A DNA stretch of 64,000 nucleotides, from NCBI GenBank assembly GCA_951406725.2, contig OX597838.1:35216001-35280000 (forward strand), read 5' to 3'. The position numbers were made by a program, and so were the translations under genes. The notes under the pieces are model-generated. The model saw only the letters and a program-made list of their open reading frames with translations. It was not told the DNA's origin and searched no databases. This DNA comes from Octopus vulgaris. Taxonomy: Eukaryota. Position 1 is the stretch's first letter; every line of letters begins with the position of its first letter. Shown piece by piece: positions 13,003-26,249 of the stretch.

Positions 13003-13089
13003 TGGCTTTTGAGTCACTCTGTATATATATCTGTATACTTTCATTCATCCATCCACCTTCTCTGCCTTCTTCTTTGGGGGGGGGGTTGT

Positions 13090-13376
13090 GCAGCAGGCAC
13101 CTCCTCTAGAGTATCCTACCAGAAGCAACCATCACTTTCTGGTTGGTTTCTGAAGTGTGAGCAACTGAGACTATGGCTATTATGCAATGATCTTATCCTT
13201 GAGCTACCCCTAGGTCTCCTGCCAGTTGGCTCAGCTTGAAGAATCTGTTTTGCAATTCTTTCCTATGATATTCTAATCACTTGTCCATAGCAGTGTAGCT
13301 GTGGCAGCTCAATGCAGAGAAGTAGAGGCTTAACCTGGAGAGACTTTCTCATCTCTGAGCTACACACCCTGTTGAG
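13090..13376 (-). pseudogene. Expander/Rex3-like RTE ORF C-terminal relic
   Basis: Manual translation LNRVCSSEMRKSLQVKPLLLCIELPQLHCYGQVIRIS*ERIAKQILQAEPTGRRPRGSSRIR. Confidence 0.8.
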
Positions 13377-13458
13377 TAACCCCATTTTGAGTAACCCTGT
13401 TGAGGAACCCCGTTTTAGCCACTTCCATTTGTGATCATACACTTTTGCTAAATTATCC

Positions 13459-13705
13459 TATTTCATTACTACCCACAAGGGGCTAAACACAGAGAGGACA
13501 AACAAGGACAGACAAACGGATTAAGTCGATTACATCGACCCCAGTGCATAACTGGTACTTAATTTATCGACCCCGAAAGGATGAAAGGCAAAGTCGACCT
13601 CGGCAGAATTTGAACTCAGAACGTAACGCAGACGAAATACCGCTAAGCATTTCGCCCGACGTGCTAACGATTCTGCCAGCTCGCCGCCTTCAACCAGCTC
13701 GCTGC
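13459..13705 (-). mobile_element. Young D SINE (not nested), with a short duplicated 5' piece
   Basis: TSD CTAAATTATCC at 13448-13458 and 13706-13716. Confidence 0.92.
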
Positions 13706-13831
13706 CTAAATTATCCAACAGCCATAACTGTAGATAGGGAAAGGCATGCAAACTGGATTGAAGAAAGTGAGTTTGGCATTTTTACCAACCTATGCTCTTT
13801 TGAGGGTATACATACATATATACATAAATAC

Positions 13832-14070
13832 ACGAGAAAGAGTAATCTATGGACCACTGATAAGGAGTTTACAAATCCAGTACCCAAGATACACTTTCAG
13901 CTTCATATCTATTATTATTGGAGCAACAGGATGTATACCAACCTATCTGGAGCAAAGTATGGCTGAACTTTGGATGTTGGGGAGAGAAAGCAAATCCTTA
14001 ATTTACATGCGACAAAGGATCGTGATATTTGAGACTATAAAAATCTGCAAGACCTTAATATTTAAAGAAT
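13832..14070 (+). pseudogene. REL-endonuclease non-LTR element (R4/Dong-like) C-terminal relic
   Basis: IYGPLIRSLQIQYPRYTFSFISIIIGATGCIP...ETIKICKT resembles the P(I/V)(I/V)xGAxG terminus of such elements. Confidence 0.7.
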
Positions 14071-14421
14071 GCTGGCTAAGCGATGATACTTTCCTTCACA
14101 AGCTTGCTACCAAGTAGGTGGCTGGTCAAAATTTACTCTAAAATTAAAAAGAGAAAGGGAACATACATACATATGACCTGTTGCATGTAGCATTCAAAAT
14201 AAAACGCTAATACCACTGAATATTGATTTAGTGAAGTAAATGTTGATTTAGCGATACAAACATCATATCTGCTCTGATACATGGGCATGACAATAAAAGA
14301 ATGAATGTCAGTGTGATATTTAAACAACCATGTGACCTGAACGAACCAATAGGGCCTAAATACTCTCACCAAAAAAAAAAAACATTTTAATTTCTTTTTA
14401 AAATTGTCTTTAATGATTTAA

Positions 14422-14787
14422 AGTGGTTAGGGCAGCAGACTCGCGGTCATAGGATCGCGGTTTCGATTCCCAGACTGGGCGTTGTGAGTGTTTATTGAGC
14501 GAAAGCACCTAAAAGCTCCATGAGGCTCCGGCAGGGGATGGTGGGGATCCCTGCTGTACTCTTTCACCACAACTTTCTCTCACTCTTACTTCCTGTTTCT
14601 GTTGTACCTGTATTTCAAAGGGCCGGCCTTGTCACTCTCTGTGTCACGCTGAATATCCCCGAGAACTACGTTAAGGGTACACGTGTCTGTGGAGTGCTCA
14701 GCCACTTACACGTTAATTTCATGAGCAGGCTGTTCCGTTGATTCGGATCAACCGGAACCCTTGTCGTCGTAACCGACGGAGTGCTTC
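14422..14787 (+). mobile_element. tRNA-Arg(TCG)-like SINE family B (octopus OR-type by recollection)
   Basis: GACTCGCGGTC anticodon-like loop, B box GGTTTCGATTCC; near-identical copies at 27390 and 37856. Confidence 0.9.
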
Positions 14788-15044
14788 CCCCACATGCTCT
14801 ATGCCCATGAAATTTTTATGTGGAGCTGAGTCAAACTGTTATTAAATACGTATCACTCCAGCCAAATGTATTGGGGGCTACTTTGTTTTGTTTATTCACC
14901 CATTCATATTACTGCTTCAACCCCTAAGGAACTCCACCAAACAAAAGAGGGATTAGCAGTTGAATATGTTGAGACAACTATTTCTTTATATACTCTTTGT
15001 GGAAACTCATCCAGGTCATTGGTCTGGTTGTTGCTGGTGTTGCT

Positions 15045-15215
15045 TTGCCCAGATTAACCCTGTTAGAGTAAGCCTATGACCAAAGGCATTCCAGCCACGA
15101 CCATCCTATCTCTTTAGAAGTAAGTTAAGGGCTACTTTATCGAATATGTCCTTTCCTTATGTAGGATGGCAAGGTGTGATTTGAGGAAGATTTAGGTGGT
15201 ATTTCTAGCAGGTCA
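15045..15215. repeat. Old dispersed repeat (also ~21745-21792, 24345-24500, 49015-49280, 49645-49700)
   Basis: Shared GTGTGATTTGAGGGAGATTTGG.TG.TATTTCTAGCAGG and CCTATGA.CAAAGGCATTCCAGC motifs. Confidence 0.65.
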
Positions 15216-15262
15216 TGATATATTTGTTTTGCCATTGCAAATTAGCCTAAATGAAAAATACA

Positions 15263-15566
15263 TTATCATCATTTAATACCTGTTTTCCGTGCTGACATGA
15301 ATTGGATGGTTCAACAGGAGCCAGCAAGCCAGAGGATTGTACTAAGCCTCAGTGTCTGCTTTGGTATGTTTTCTATTACTGGGTGCCCTTCCTGAAGCTA
15401 ACCCCTTTACAGAATGTACTGGGTGCTTTTTATGTGACACCAGCACTAGAGAGGTCATCTACTATCTTGCAAGATAAGGCCCACAATTGAAGGAGGGAAT
15501 TTTATTCCAGGTGATGATATAGGGACAAGAACTGATGTTTTGTTGTAGAGAAAAATACATGGCTAC
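15263..15566 (-). mobile_element. Old RTE-type 3'UTR copy (family F; also 16947-17127, 17198-17460, 41699-41925, 49716-50200)
   Basis: Diverged relative of the family E tail with (ATC)n end and shared internal segments. Confidence 0.7.
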
Positions 15567-15567
15567 C

Positions 15568-16061
15568 CTCCTCAAAGACATACATCATCTCGAAAGAGTC
15601 CAGAAGCTGGCTACCTGCATGGTTCTTGGTCTCAAGCATTTGTCTTATGAAGAAAGGCTGAAGACGCTCGATCTTTATTCTCTAGAAAAACGCCGCCGCC
15701 GTGGTGATCTCATTCTCGCTCACAACATCATAAGCGGAAAGTGTAACCTCTCGAAAGAGCTGTTCTTCACTCCTGCTCCAGAGCGTCAGCTGTGGGGTCA
15801 CTCCGAAAAGCTCTATCTGCAACGATTTCATCTCAATCGAAAGAGAGGGGCTTTCTCCGTCCGGGTTGCGGATCCGTGAAATAAGCTGTCGGACGAGATA
15901 GTGAAGATGCCGACGACCGCTCGGTTCAAGGTCTCTCTTGACCACAAATGGCCTGAACTCTTTGCATGAACACCACCCTATACATAACTCCCTGTCCCCC
16001 TACATGGCCTTGCTTTTGCTTTTTGAGCCAAAAAATTAACTTAACTTAACTAACTTAACTT
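15568..16061 (+). mobile_element. CR1-clade LINE 3' end
   Basis: KDIHHLERVQKLAT...LSYEERLKTLDLYSLEKRRRRGDLI...GHSEKL...AFSVRV; premature stop; (AACTT)n tail. Confidence 0.93.
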
Positions 16062-16842
16062 ATGTGTTGGGGCATACCTTCAGGTGACATAAAAAAATAC
16101 AAAAAAAATCTATAGAATTATAAAAAAAAAACACTTAAAAAAAATAAAAATAAAAAGGGAAATTCTAAAAAAATAGGAGATAGAAGTAAAAAATGGAAAA
16201 ATGAAAATTATTAAAGTGACGGAAATGGTTATTAATCATCTACCTTTGACAGAATCCAGCTGTGTATTTTAATGTTATTTTGTTTCAGTAATGACAGTGT
16301 TTGTTCAACATTATGTATTAAATCATTTTAATTATTATTCAGATTTTTATTTATTATTTTTTTGCGAGGGGGCCATATTTTAAAAATAAAATTATGTAAT
16401 TAAATGAAATTCCTAATAATTTCAGTTTTAAATACGATTATAATTCTAGATACTGTCATTTAATGTGTTCGGTGATATTTACGAGAAATCTGAGACCAGA
16501 GAGCAAATAGCATGGTGCCACTATTACCATTTTTTTTTCTGGGGTTGATTTAATCATCAATAATCTTTCCCAGCTCTTGAATTTGTAGCCTTGTACCAAT
16601 GTTTAATAATCAATAAAATTATGAGAGTATCACGTTATTATTGATTGGGGAAAAGTGTTTATGAAAGACTTTTTTTTTTACACTTAAAAAATTGAATCTT
16701 GAAAGGTCTAATTAATCACATTCTTAATTCATTTAAATTATTCAAACTTTGAAAGTTTAATGATATTTAATGATAAAACTACAATTTATCTGTCTGTTTG
16801 TCAAAAAGAGGAAACATAGAATTTGTTCAAAGTGCGATGATG

Positions 16843-17490
16843 TCTCAGATCTTAATTTAGTTGAGTAGTTTCTTAAGAGTTTTATTCTTTCAGTTATATA
16901 AATTGTTTATTTTCTAAACGACACTGTATATACAGTTAAGTTACACCATCACTGTCTAAAGCCTATTTTCCATGCTGGATGTACTGGATGCTTTTTATGT
17001 GGCACTGAGGTTACTAAGCAACTTGCAAGGTAAGACCCTTAGTCGAGGAGGTGTGGTATAATATGGAGGGAGATGGCTTTACGCCAGATGAGGAAAAGGT
17101 TAAAGTATGATAGGACAGAGACAGGTGTGTGTGTGTGTGTGTGTGTGTGTATAATTTCAGCAGATCTCAATGACATTGTATATACAGTTAAGTTATACCA
17201 TCACTGTTTAATATCTGTTTTCCATGCTGGCATGGGTTGAATGGTTTGACAGGAGCTGGTGAGCCAGAGGATTGTGTCAAGCTCCAATGTCTGCTTTGGA
17301 ATTCCTAATGCCAACAATTCAACAGGGTACTGGGTGCCTTTTTATGTGGCACTGGCACTAGTGACATCACCAAATAACTTGCAAGACAATGGAGAGGGTA
17401 GGTTGTTATATTAAGAGAGGTGGCTTTATGCTAGGTAATGAAAGGTTAAAGTATTATTAACCAGAAATGTGCATGTGTGTGTGTGTGTGT
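16843..17490. repeat. Diverged local tandem duplication (~300-bp unit)
   Basis: GACA(C/T)TGTATATACAGTTAAGTTA..CCATCACTGT plus family F piece plus (TG)n occurs at ~16920 and ~17172. Confidence 0.7.
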
Positions 17491-17554
17491 ATATACATAT
17501 ATGAAGAAACAAGTCAAGATAGAAAATGCTAAAATAATTTTATAAAGAACATTT

Positions 17555-17591
17555 CAGTACCGGTTTCAGTCATTTGAGACCTTTTCAACTG
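17555..17591 (-). ncRNA. Minimal hammerhead-like motif in a Penelope-type fragment (~17500-17737)
   Basis: Minus strand CAG-TTGAAAA-GGTC(TCAAAT)GACT-GAA-ACCGGT-A-CTG; variant core with palindromic stem III. Confidence 0.55.
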
Positions 17592-17735
17592 TAACGATTA
17601 AATAATTAAATTTAGAAAAATTAAAAGAAAAGTTTTTTTAAAAGAATATTTGTATAGTGTTCAAATATAAGTGGCATTTTCCTTGTTTCTGCCTTTCTCT
17701 GTCTCTCTTGTTTACACTTGTGGGTTCGAGGTCGT

Positions 17736-17776
<41 letters not shown>

Positions 17777-17929
17777 GCAGATAGCTATTTAAAACACTGG
17801 GAGAAGCACAATTTAAAGTGAAGTCTCAATAACATACAGTCAAGATACTTTTTTGTATATTTATTTATTTAGCTGATGTCTTTCAAATTTTTATATTTGA
17901 AAGAGGTGTGGCTAGTTGTGAAAGCACAA

Positions 17930-18915
17930 ACACCTGAACAGAAGAAAAAATACAAACAAAGGTTGGAGTGAGATAAAGTGAAGCAATCATAGAGTAATTA
18001 TGATTGGAGGAAAGTGATATGTAGTAATGAAACCTGAATCTTCATTGGCTAAGAAGATGATGCTGAAACTTTTGCCTAGGATCAGCCTCATAAAACATAT
18101 GAAAGTGACTGCTTGAAGAGAAAAAAAAATCAGATTTTTTTTTTCACTGATTTATGATAGGAAGTTACATGTCTGGTAAATGATTTGGGAAGATAGCAAT
18201 TATAAACTCAACAATCAGTGCGCAAATGTACATGAAAACTTTTGACATTTTTCTCATGCCATCAACAAAAAATAAATTTGATGAAGCCATTTTTCAGGAT
18301 GATAATAATGCAACTTGCCACAGAGAAAAAGTGTTTAAAATCTTTCCTTAGCAAAATCATATCAATTCAATGAAATGGTCAGCTCTCAATCCAACCAAAG
18401 ATTTATGACAGAAATTTAAAAAAAACCCAAAAAACCAAAAACAAAATTTGCCTTTGGCACATCTCCGTCCTGCAAAGCTGATTTGTCAACTGCTATTCAA
18501 GAAAGTTGCAACCATTTTATAGAATATTGTTTTTCATTAGTGAACTCTTATATTTCAAAGAACTCAAGCTGTCATAAAAGCCCGCAGGGAAACAACAAAG
18601 TATATATTCAAGGTGGTACTCCAGTATGGCCACAGTCAAATGACTAAAAGAATAAAAGAATAATTAGATTTTTTTTTTTCTGTTCAGGATTTCATAATTT
18701 TTTGTCATTTTGATTTAGAGAGAAATATGTTGTTAATTAAAATAATTTGTTTGAGGAATATTTTTTTCCTCAAGACAAAATGTTAAGCTATTTAACAAAA
18801 ATTGTTTTGTGTTATATTTGGGATTTTTTTTTTTTTTGCTTTGAAGTAAAAATGAAAAAAAACCTATGTGAATAACAATCAAATATGGTGATTCTAGAAT
18901 TTTTACCAGGGAGTG
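17930..18915 (+). pseudogene. Tc1-like transposase relic with right terminal repeat
   Basis: Pieces DWRKVICSNET, IFQDDNNATCHR, SMKWS, AVIKARRETTKY; 3' end GGTGATTCTAGAATTTTTACCAGGGAGTG. Confidence 0.8.
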
Positions 18916-18974
18916 CATTGTTAACTCAAATAATGCTTGATATTTTTATATAATTAAAAGCACAATAATAATAA

Positions 18975-19752
18975 TAAGGATAATAATGATCCTTTCTACT
19001 AAGGCCTAAAATTTGGTAGGAAGGGGTAAGTCGATTACATTGACCCTAATGTTTCACTGGTATTAAATTTTTTGATCCTAAAAGGATTAAATGCAAAGTC
19101 GACCCCAGCAGATTTTGAACTCAGAATGTAAAGATAGATGAAATACCGTGAATAATTTGTTTTCTTTATTCACCAGTAAGGGTTCAGAAAAAACATTTGG
19201 ACTCAAAGCCTAAAGATTTGGAAGAAATGCTGTTTAGCATGTTGTCTGATGCACTCCTGATTCTGCCAGCTTGCTGTCTTAATAATAATAATGATAATAA
19301 TATTAGTAAGTCTTTCTACTATAGGCATAGGGCCAGATATTTCTGGAGAGAGGGCTAGCTGATTATATCGACCCCACCCCCAATGGTCATCTGATATTTA
19401 TTTTATCAACCCTAAAAGGATGAAAGGCTAAGTTGACCTTAGTGGTATTTGAACTAAGGCAGCGAGCTGGCAGAATCGTTAGCACGCCGGGCGAAATACT
19501 TAGCGGTATTTCGTCTGCCGTTACGTTGTGAGTTCAAATTCCACCGAGGTCGACTTTGCCTTTCATCCTTTCGGGGTCGATAAATTAAGTAATGGACTTA
19601 ATACCTATGTCTGTCCTTGTTTGTCCCCTCTATGTTTAGCCCCTTGTGGGAAATAAAGAAATAGGTATTTGAACTCAGAACATAAACAGCCAGAAAGAAT
19701 GGTGCTAAACTTTTTTTCTGGTGTGGTGATGATTTTGCTAGTTCACCACCTT
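18975..19752 (-). mobile_element. Cluster of old D-type SINEs separated by (AAT)n
   Basis: Repeated diverged D bodies in the same orientation. Confidence 0.8.
19456..19663 (+). mobile_element. Young D SINE nested antisense in an old D SINE
   Basis: 12-bp TSD GGTATTTGAACT at 19444-19455 and 19664-19675. Confidence 0.92.
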
Positions 19753-19763
19753 AATAATAATAA

Positions 19764-20022
19764 TCATCATCATCATCATCATCGTTTAACGTCCGTTCTC
19801 CATGCTAGCATGGGTTGGACGGTTTGACCGGGGATCTGGGAAGCCAGAAGGCTGCACCAGGCTCCAGTCTTATCTGGCAATGTTTCTACAGCTGGATGCC
19901 TTTCCTAACACCAACCACTCCATGAGTGTAGTGGGTGCTTTTTACGTGCCACCTGCACAGGTGCCAGGCGAGGCTGGCAACGGCCACGGTCGGATTGGTG
20001 CATTTTACGTGCCACCGGCACA
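19764..20022 (-). mobile_element. RTE family E 3' copy
   Basis: (ATC)n tail; stops at ACGTGCCACCGGCAC; abuts an old D (to ~20225). Confidence 0.9.
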
Positions 20023-20469
20023 AGAACTTGAAATTTTGATGGGGAGGGTGGCACTAGCCAGTCATATCAACCCTAGTTCTTAACCGGTTCTTATTTTATT
20101 GACCCTGAAAGGATTTAAAGGCAAAGTCAACCTCGGCAGCATTTGAACTCAGAAGGTAAAGACAGATGAAACACTGCTAAGCGTTTTGTCTGGCATGCTA
20201 ACGGTTCTGCTCGTTCATGGCCTATAACAACATCAGCAAAAATAACAGGTATATATTTGGCTTATGTCTTCTGCTGTTACTTGAAGTTTTTAACAGTCAG
20301 ATGGCCATATTGGTCAATAACCAATTATTATAATTCAACGGCAGCCATCTGGTTGATTGAACATTCTCAGAACTTGAAGTAACAACGAAAGGCAGAATAT
20401 GAATAAATACAATTACAATCCACACAGTGTGTTTTGAGTACCTCAGCACTTCTCTTATTTGTTATAAAC

Positions 20470-20470
<1 letters not shown>

Positions 20471-20514
<44 letters not shown>

Positions 20515-20898
20515 TCGCACACACACACAATCACATACACTTGCATACACACATACACTTGCATACACACACACACTCGCATACACAGACACACTTGCAT
20601 ACACACACTCGCAAACACACACATACCCTTGCATACACACACATACTCGCATACACACACACACTTGCGTACACACACACACTCGCATACACACACACAC
20701 ACACTCGCATACACACACACACACACTCGCATACACACACACACAATTGCATACACACAAACACACACTCGCAAACACACACACACACACTCGCATAGAC
20801 ACACACACTCGCAAACACACACGCACACACACACACTTGCATACACACACACTCGCAAACACACACATACACTTGCATACAAACACACACACATATAT
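20471..20898. repeat. Compound (CA)n microsatellite with recurring CT(C/T)GCA units
   Basis: Directly visible. Confidence 0.95.
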
Positions 20899-21025
20899 GA
20901 TACAGTCATTAATTTTTATGTTTGTTTTTCCTTGCTGACATGGGTTGAATGGAGATTTATTTGAGGTTGGGTTTTATGGTCATATACCCTTCCTGTCTCT
21001 GATCATTACCTGTTTTTCAGCTAAA

Positions 21026-21061
<36 letters not shown>

Positions 21062-21984
21062 CCACTGCTCTGTGAAGGTGCAGTGCTGCAGGATGTAATG
21101 CTTTCAGGGAGTGTAAGCATAATGCCACCATTTTGCTCAGAAGGTGTCACGCAATGATTTGGAATACAACAATTTGTTTTGACAATGGTATGAGTAGTTC
21201 AGTTGAATCTTGGTTTTGCCGAGCCCCTGATGAGGAGGAAATATGTCTAATTTTATTGCAAATGGTAGTCATATTTTGGGATTAACAACTATACCAATCA
21301 ATTGACTGGACCTGAGTTCATAGTACCAGAGATCCCACCCTTTCCATCAAGAGTAAGGAGTCAATACTGAAACAGCTTTGGATTCACAACTTTAATATAT
21401 CTTAGCAAAAGGTCTGAGAGTTCTATGAGGTGTAACTGTTGAAGTGTTCCCAGAACAATTGGACCAATTTCCATCTGATATACCAGGTGAACCCACATCA
21501 GGCTAAGAAATGAAAAAAAGGGCTACTCTGTTCAATTCATTACTTTACCAGCTCTGATTCTGGAGTTGGAGCTGGGAAGTGATAGGGTTGCTAATGGTGG
21601 TGCTCCAGCATGGCTACAGCCTCTGGCTGAAACTGATGATAGAATAATGGAATACATGAGAGTGGATCAACAGTCACTTCTTGTGTGTGTTTGTGTGTGG
21701 TACCACTAATAAGTCTTTGTTAATCAAGTTGGTATCGGAACTGCTGTGTGATTGCCCTGCTAGAAGTAGCACCCAAATCTCCCTCAAATCACAATATAGT
21801 TAAACAATATAACTGCATCAATCATTCAACACAGTAACAGAACTTTATTGAATACTTAATACAAGTGTGTTAGAATAGATTTGCAAAATCCTGAGAAATT
21901 CGTAAAAAGCTAGAAGTGTAAAATATCAGTGACAATGATTATTTCTTTTGATAACGGTATTAGTGTCTCAGACATATAGGAGAA

Positions 21985-22030
<46 letters not shown>

Positions 22031-22429
22031 CAGTAGAAAATAAAAAAAGACAGCCAAGTTTTGTGGTGTCAGGTCTTGCCTTAGAATATTTGTGACGTAA
22101 GTGAAGTAATTTTGCAGGTAAATAAAATTTCCCAAACTGGATTATGATATAGAATTGCCAAGAAACTTAGTACTGCATCACTCCACTTTAATAATAATAA
22201 TAATGATGTTGATGATGGGAATGTAGTAAATATTTTATTTGGCTTTAGAATGAGAATGAAGTAGTTCATAAAATGTCCAATGCTGGTCTTACAAGATAAC
22301 CCTCGTTCTGATCTTCCTTGTGTAACCAACCAGTTTGTTAAATATTGCTGTTGTTGATGTTTTTTGACTCGTAGGTTAGCAGACCACCAAAAAAACAAAA
22401 ACAAAACATATATATATATATATATAATT

Positions 22430-22821
22430 GATCAACATCAATAGAAATTGTAGCTGTAATACCAGTGCCAGTGGCACATAAGAGAACCACCTGAACGTGG
22501 CCATTGCCAGCGCTGCCCTGACTGGCCTCCGTGCCGGTGGCACGTAAAAAGCACCATCCGATCGTGGTCATTTCCAGCCTGGTCTGGCCTCCGTGCCGAT
22601 GGCACGTAAAAAGCACCGTCCGATCATGGCTGTTTGCCAGCCTCGTCTGGCACGTAAAAAGCACCCACTACACTCATGGAGTGGTTGGCGTTAGGAAGGG
22701 CATCCAGCTGTAGAAACACTGCCAGATCAGACTGGGCCTGGTGCAGCCTTCTGGCTTCCCAGACCCCAGTTGAACTGTCCAACCCATACTAGCATGGAAA
22801 GCTGACGTTAAACGATGGTGA
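22430..22821 (+). mobile_element. RTE family E 3'UTR copy with ~60-bp internal tandem units
   Basis: GGCAC unit starts at ~22473, 22539, 22601 and 22649. Confidence 0.9.
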
Positions 22822-22908
22822 CAATACTATATCAATATGTGACTGCGTGTGTATCATTGGCGACTTTCTTTCTCCGTCTTCCCTTCCTTGGACCTTTCCT
22901 TTTTCTAT

Positions 22909-22943
22909 GTTTCTGACGAAGAGCTCCGCTCGAAATGTTAAAT
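22909..22943 (+). ncRNA. Minimal hammerhead ribozyme motif in a Penelope-type fragment (~22830-23045)
   Basis: GTTT-CTGACGAA-GAGC(TCC)GCTC-GAAA-TGTT-AAA; canonical CUGANGA/GAAA core, stem III probably CpG-decayed from ACGT. Confidence 0.68.
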
Positions 22944-24025
22944 CATCCTTTCTTTCCTTTCCTGAGTGTCTAATAACACTATACTTGTTCCACGTCCTCG
23001 CGTTGTTGTGTTTTCTCTTTGTTCATGTTTGGATTAACTATACATACTACATCCTTGGTTCTGAGTCATTCCTGTGAAAGTAATGTGATTTTGAATTTAA
23101 AAAAACTGTCAATAAAAATAAATATAGACTCTATAAAACGTATTGAATACTTTTCTTTTGTTTATATACCCATCTAACCCTCTATCTATCCATTTATCTA
23201 TCCATCCATTTATCCATTCATTTATCCACCCATCCATAAATCCGCATTATTATGCACAAACAAGAATCTACATTCAGTTAAAAATCTGAAATCTAGTGTA
23301 GATTGGAGATAGGATATCTACCATCAGTTACAAATTATATCATACGTATTATATGTGGGTGTGTATTTTGCAATTTGTTGTTTCCATCTAAGTATATACT
23401 CTCATTCTCTCGTATGCATGTATTCAAAAACAGTATAATGAAGATTGCTTCATTTGTCTTGTTTGATGGCATGTTCACCTAAATTTAATTATGCAGTGAT
23501 GCTCTCCCTCATCTCATCAATGAATATTAAACCACTAAAACATAGCCGAGGTAATGGGAGGAAAAGACTCAAACACACACACGTGTTCATATATGCATAC
23601 ACAAACACAAACAGGCATATACAAACACACCCTGATGCATACATATGCAAACATATATATATATACACACAGACATACACATGCATACACGTTCGTGATT
23701 CATCTTCTATTATTAACTGAATATAGCTCTTTTGTTTCTTCAAGGCAAATTGCCGAAACGACCACTGTGACGACAACCACGGTTGCCGCTGCCACCACCA
23801 CCATCAACTCCACTACTACCATCACTGTTTCTTACTTTTCTTATGCCCCCAAAACACTAGACATTTAGGGATTAAATTGTTCTCATCTTAACAGTTGACA
23901 TTTTAAGTTTTTCTTCTTTTTTCTTCTCTTGTTTGGCAAACAAAATTTGCATATTCGAAAAAACTTGTATTCTTAGCTGCTTGTTTATTTGAATGTCTTT
24001 TGCATGGATAACCAAGCATTTAGAG

Positions 24026-24244
24026 CAGTGCTTTTCAAACTTTTTGCTGGAGCGGAACCCCAAGGAAACATTCCACTGGCTCGAGGAACCCTGGTGCAAT
24101 AATTTAATAGTTTTATGCACACATATCTGCACAGGAGAATTAAAAATTACTGCTGATTTTAGCAGTTTTGTAACTTCTTGTGGAACCCCTGGACTGTACT
24201 GGTGGAACCCTAAGGTTCCGCGGAACCCTGGTTGAAAACCACTG
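24026..24244 (+). mobile_element. hAT (Charlie-like) MITE
   Basis: TIRs CAGTGCTTTTCAA/TTGAAAACCACTG; 8-bp TSD ATTTAGAG. Confidence 0.95.
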
Positions 24245-24951
24245 ATTTAGAGCAACACTTGTAAAAGATGGTGCTAATCATGATAAAGGTCTACTAGTGA
24301 TGTTTGTATTAGGGTGGTGGATGTGGTGATGGTGGTGTTGCTGTTATCAACCCTAATCAACCTACACTCAAAGGCTCTCCAGCAGTGACAATCTTGTCAT
24401 TTTCAAAGTGTCTAGCACATTTCCAGTGTCGTTTCTCCTTACTTTAAATGCTAGGGTATGATTTGAGGGAAATTTGGCTGTTATTTTAGCAGGTCATATA
24501 ATTACCTCGAGACATAATTGTTGGATATTGGTGGTAATTGTGGTGGTGCTGTTATTTGTCCGATTGAATAGACTTATGATTAAAGACATTTGGAACGAAT
24601 GGCTTTTTGTTGTTGTTGTGTATATATCTTGTGTTCATACAGGCATAGACATAGCTGTGTGGAGAAGCTTGCTTCCCAACCATCTGGTTTTGGTTTAGGT
24701 CCCACTGAGCAGCACCTTAGGCAAGTGTCTTCTAGTATAACTCCAAACCAACCAAAGTCTTGTGTGTGGATTTAGTAGATGGAAACTAAAAGAAGCCTGT
24801 TGTAAATATATTTTTGTGTTAAATTCAACTTACATTGAAAGTCAACAAAGTTTGCTTCAGAAGTATTGAGATGTATTGAAAGATACAGATAAGGAAATAA
24901 TTTTATTCTCAAATGTAGGATAATGCTAATACAATAGCATGAACAGGATAA

Positions 24952-25363
24952 ACTCTCTTTACTCTTTTACTTGTTTCAGTCATTTGACTGCGGCCATGCT
25001 GGAGCACCGCCTTTAGTCGAGCAAATCGACCCCGGGACTTATTCTTTGTAAGCCCAGTACTTATTCTATCGGTCTCTTTTGCCGAACCGCTAAGTGACGG
25101 GGACGTAAACACACCAGCATCGGTTGTCAAACAATGCTAGGGGGACAAACACAGACACACAAACACACACATGCATAGATATATGTATATATATATATAC
25201 GACGGGCTTCTTTTCAGTTTCCGTCTACCAAATCCACTCACAAGGCTTTGGTCGGCCCAAGGCTATAGCAGAAGACACTTGCCGAAGATACCACGCAGTG
25301 GGACTGAACCCGGAACCATGTGGTTGGTAAGCAAGCTACTTACCACACAGCCACTCCTGTGCC
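24952..25363 (-). mobile_element. SINE family A, full length
   Basis: Complete element; inverted relative to an old A-type head at ~24643-24802. Confidence 0.93.
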
Positions 25364-25702
25364 AATATATACACACAAACGTTGTCCCACCTTACCTCCC
25401 TCTGTGAACACTTTGCTGTTGAACACCATGATTCTCTCCTCATTTCTACTTTACTTAAAAAAATGATATTCTTATAAATGCACATGGATTAAATCATCTC
25501 TGATTTCTCTGTTTCTCCCCCTCCCCACCCTCTCTCTCTTTTGCTTCTTACTTTCCTTGTCTTTCTCTCACCACTTTTTATTTGTCATAAGATTAATACA
25601 TCGAATAGTTCTTTCATTCATTCTGCATCAATCATAAACATCTTATTTTTTTATAGTGTTATGTTTGCTTTATTATGCATTTAAATAACATCTCCTCATC
25701 AA

Positions 25703-26198
25703 CATTTAACGCCCATTTTTCCATGTTTGCATGGGGGTAGACGGAATTTGTTGAGGCAGATTTTCTACAGCTGAATGCCCTTCCTGTTGCCAACCTTCAC
25801 TTGTTTCCAAGCATGTTAATATTTTTCCCATGACCAGAAATGTCTTCCCTATTGAACTCTTTCCACTAGACCTAAACTGGTAATCGGTCCCTTGCAACCT
25901 ATTTATAGAAAAGAGGCATTACTGCTCTCTGCTAGAAACTGTGAAACTATAGTTGATAAAGGGGAGAGAGAAAGAGAAAGAGGGCATTAGTTTGCCATGC
26001 CTTCGGGAGATAGGTTAAACTAATTTCATATTATAGTGGACTACAGTTTTATCTATTCTTCTGAAACATAACTAACTTTACTCTAAATTTATCTTGAAAA
26101 TAAATACTATGGCTTGTATGACAATAACGCTTATTTACAGCCATCACATGATGCCAACACAAGGGTATACACAAACATATGCACACATATACACACAC

Positions 26199-26249
<51 letters not shown>

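Noticed and set aside
21300-21520. Minus-strand peptide MEIGPIVLGTL resembling an R4/Dong terminus, and CTGATGA near 21230
   Set aside because: Too short and degenerate; the hammerhead-like word lacks stem II
22473-22665. Regularly spaced GGCACGTAAAAAGCAC repeats resembling a CRISPR array
   Set aside because: The intervening sequences are homologous to each other, the array lies in an RTE 3'UTR, the DNA is eukaryotic and no cas genes are present
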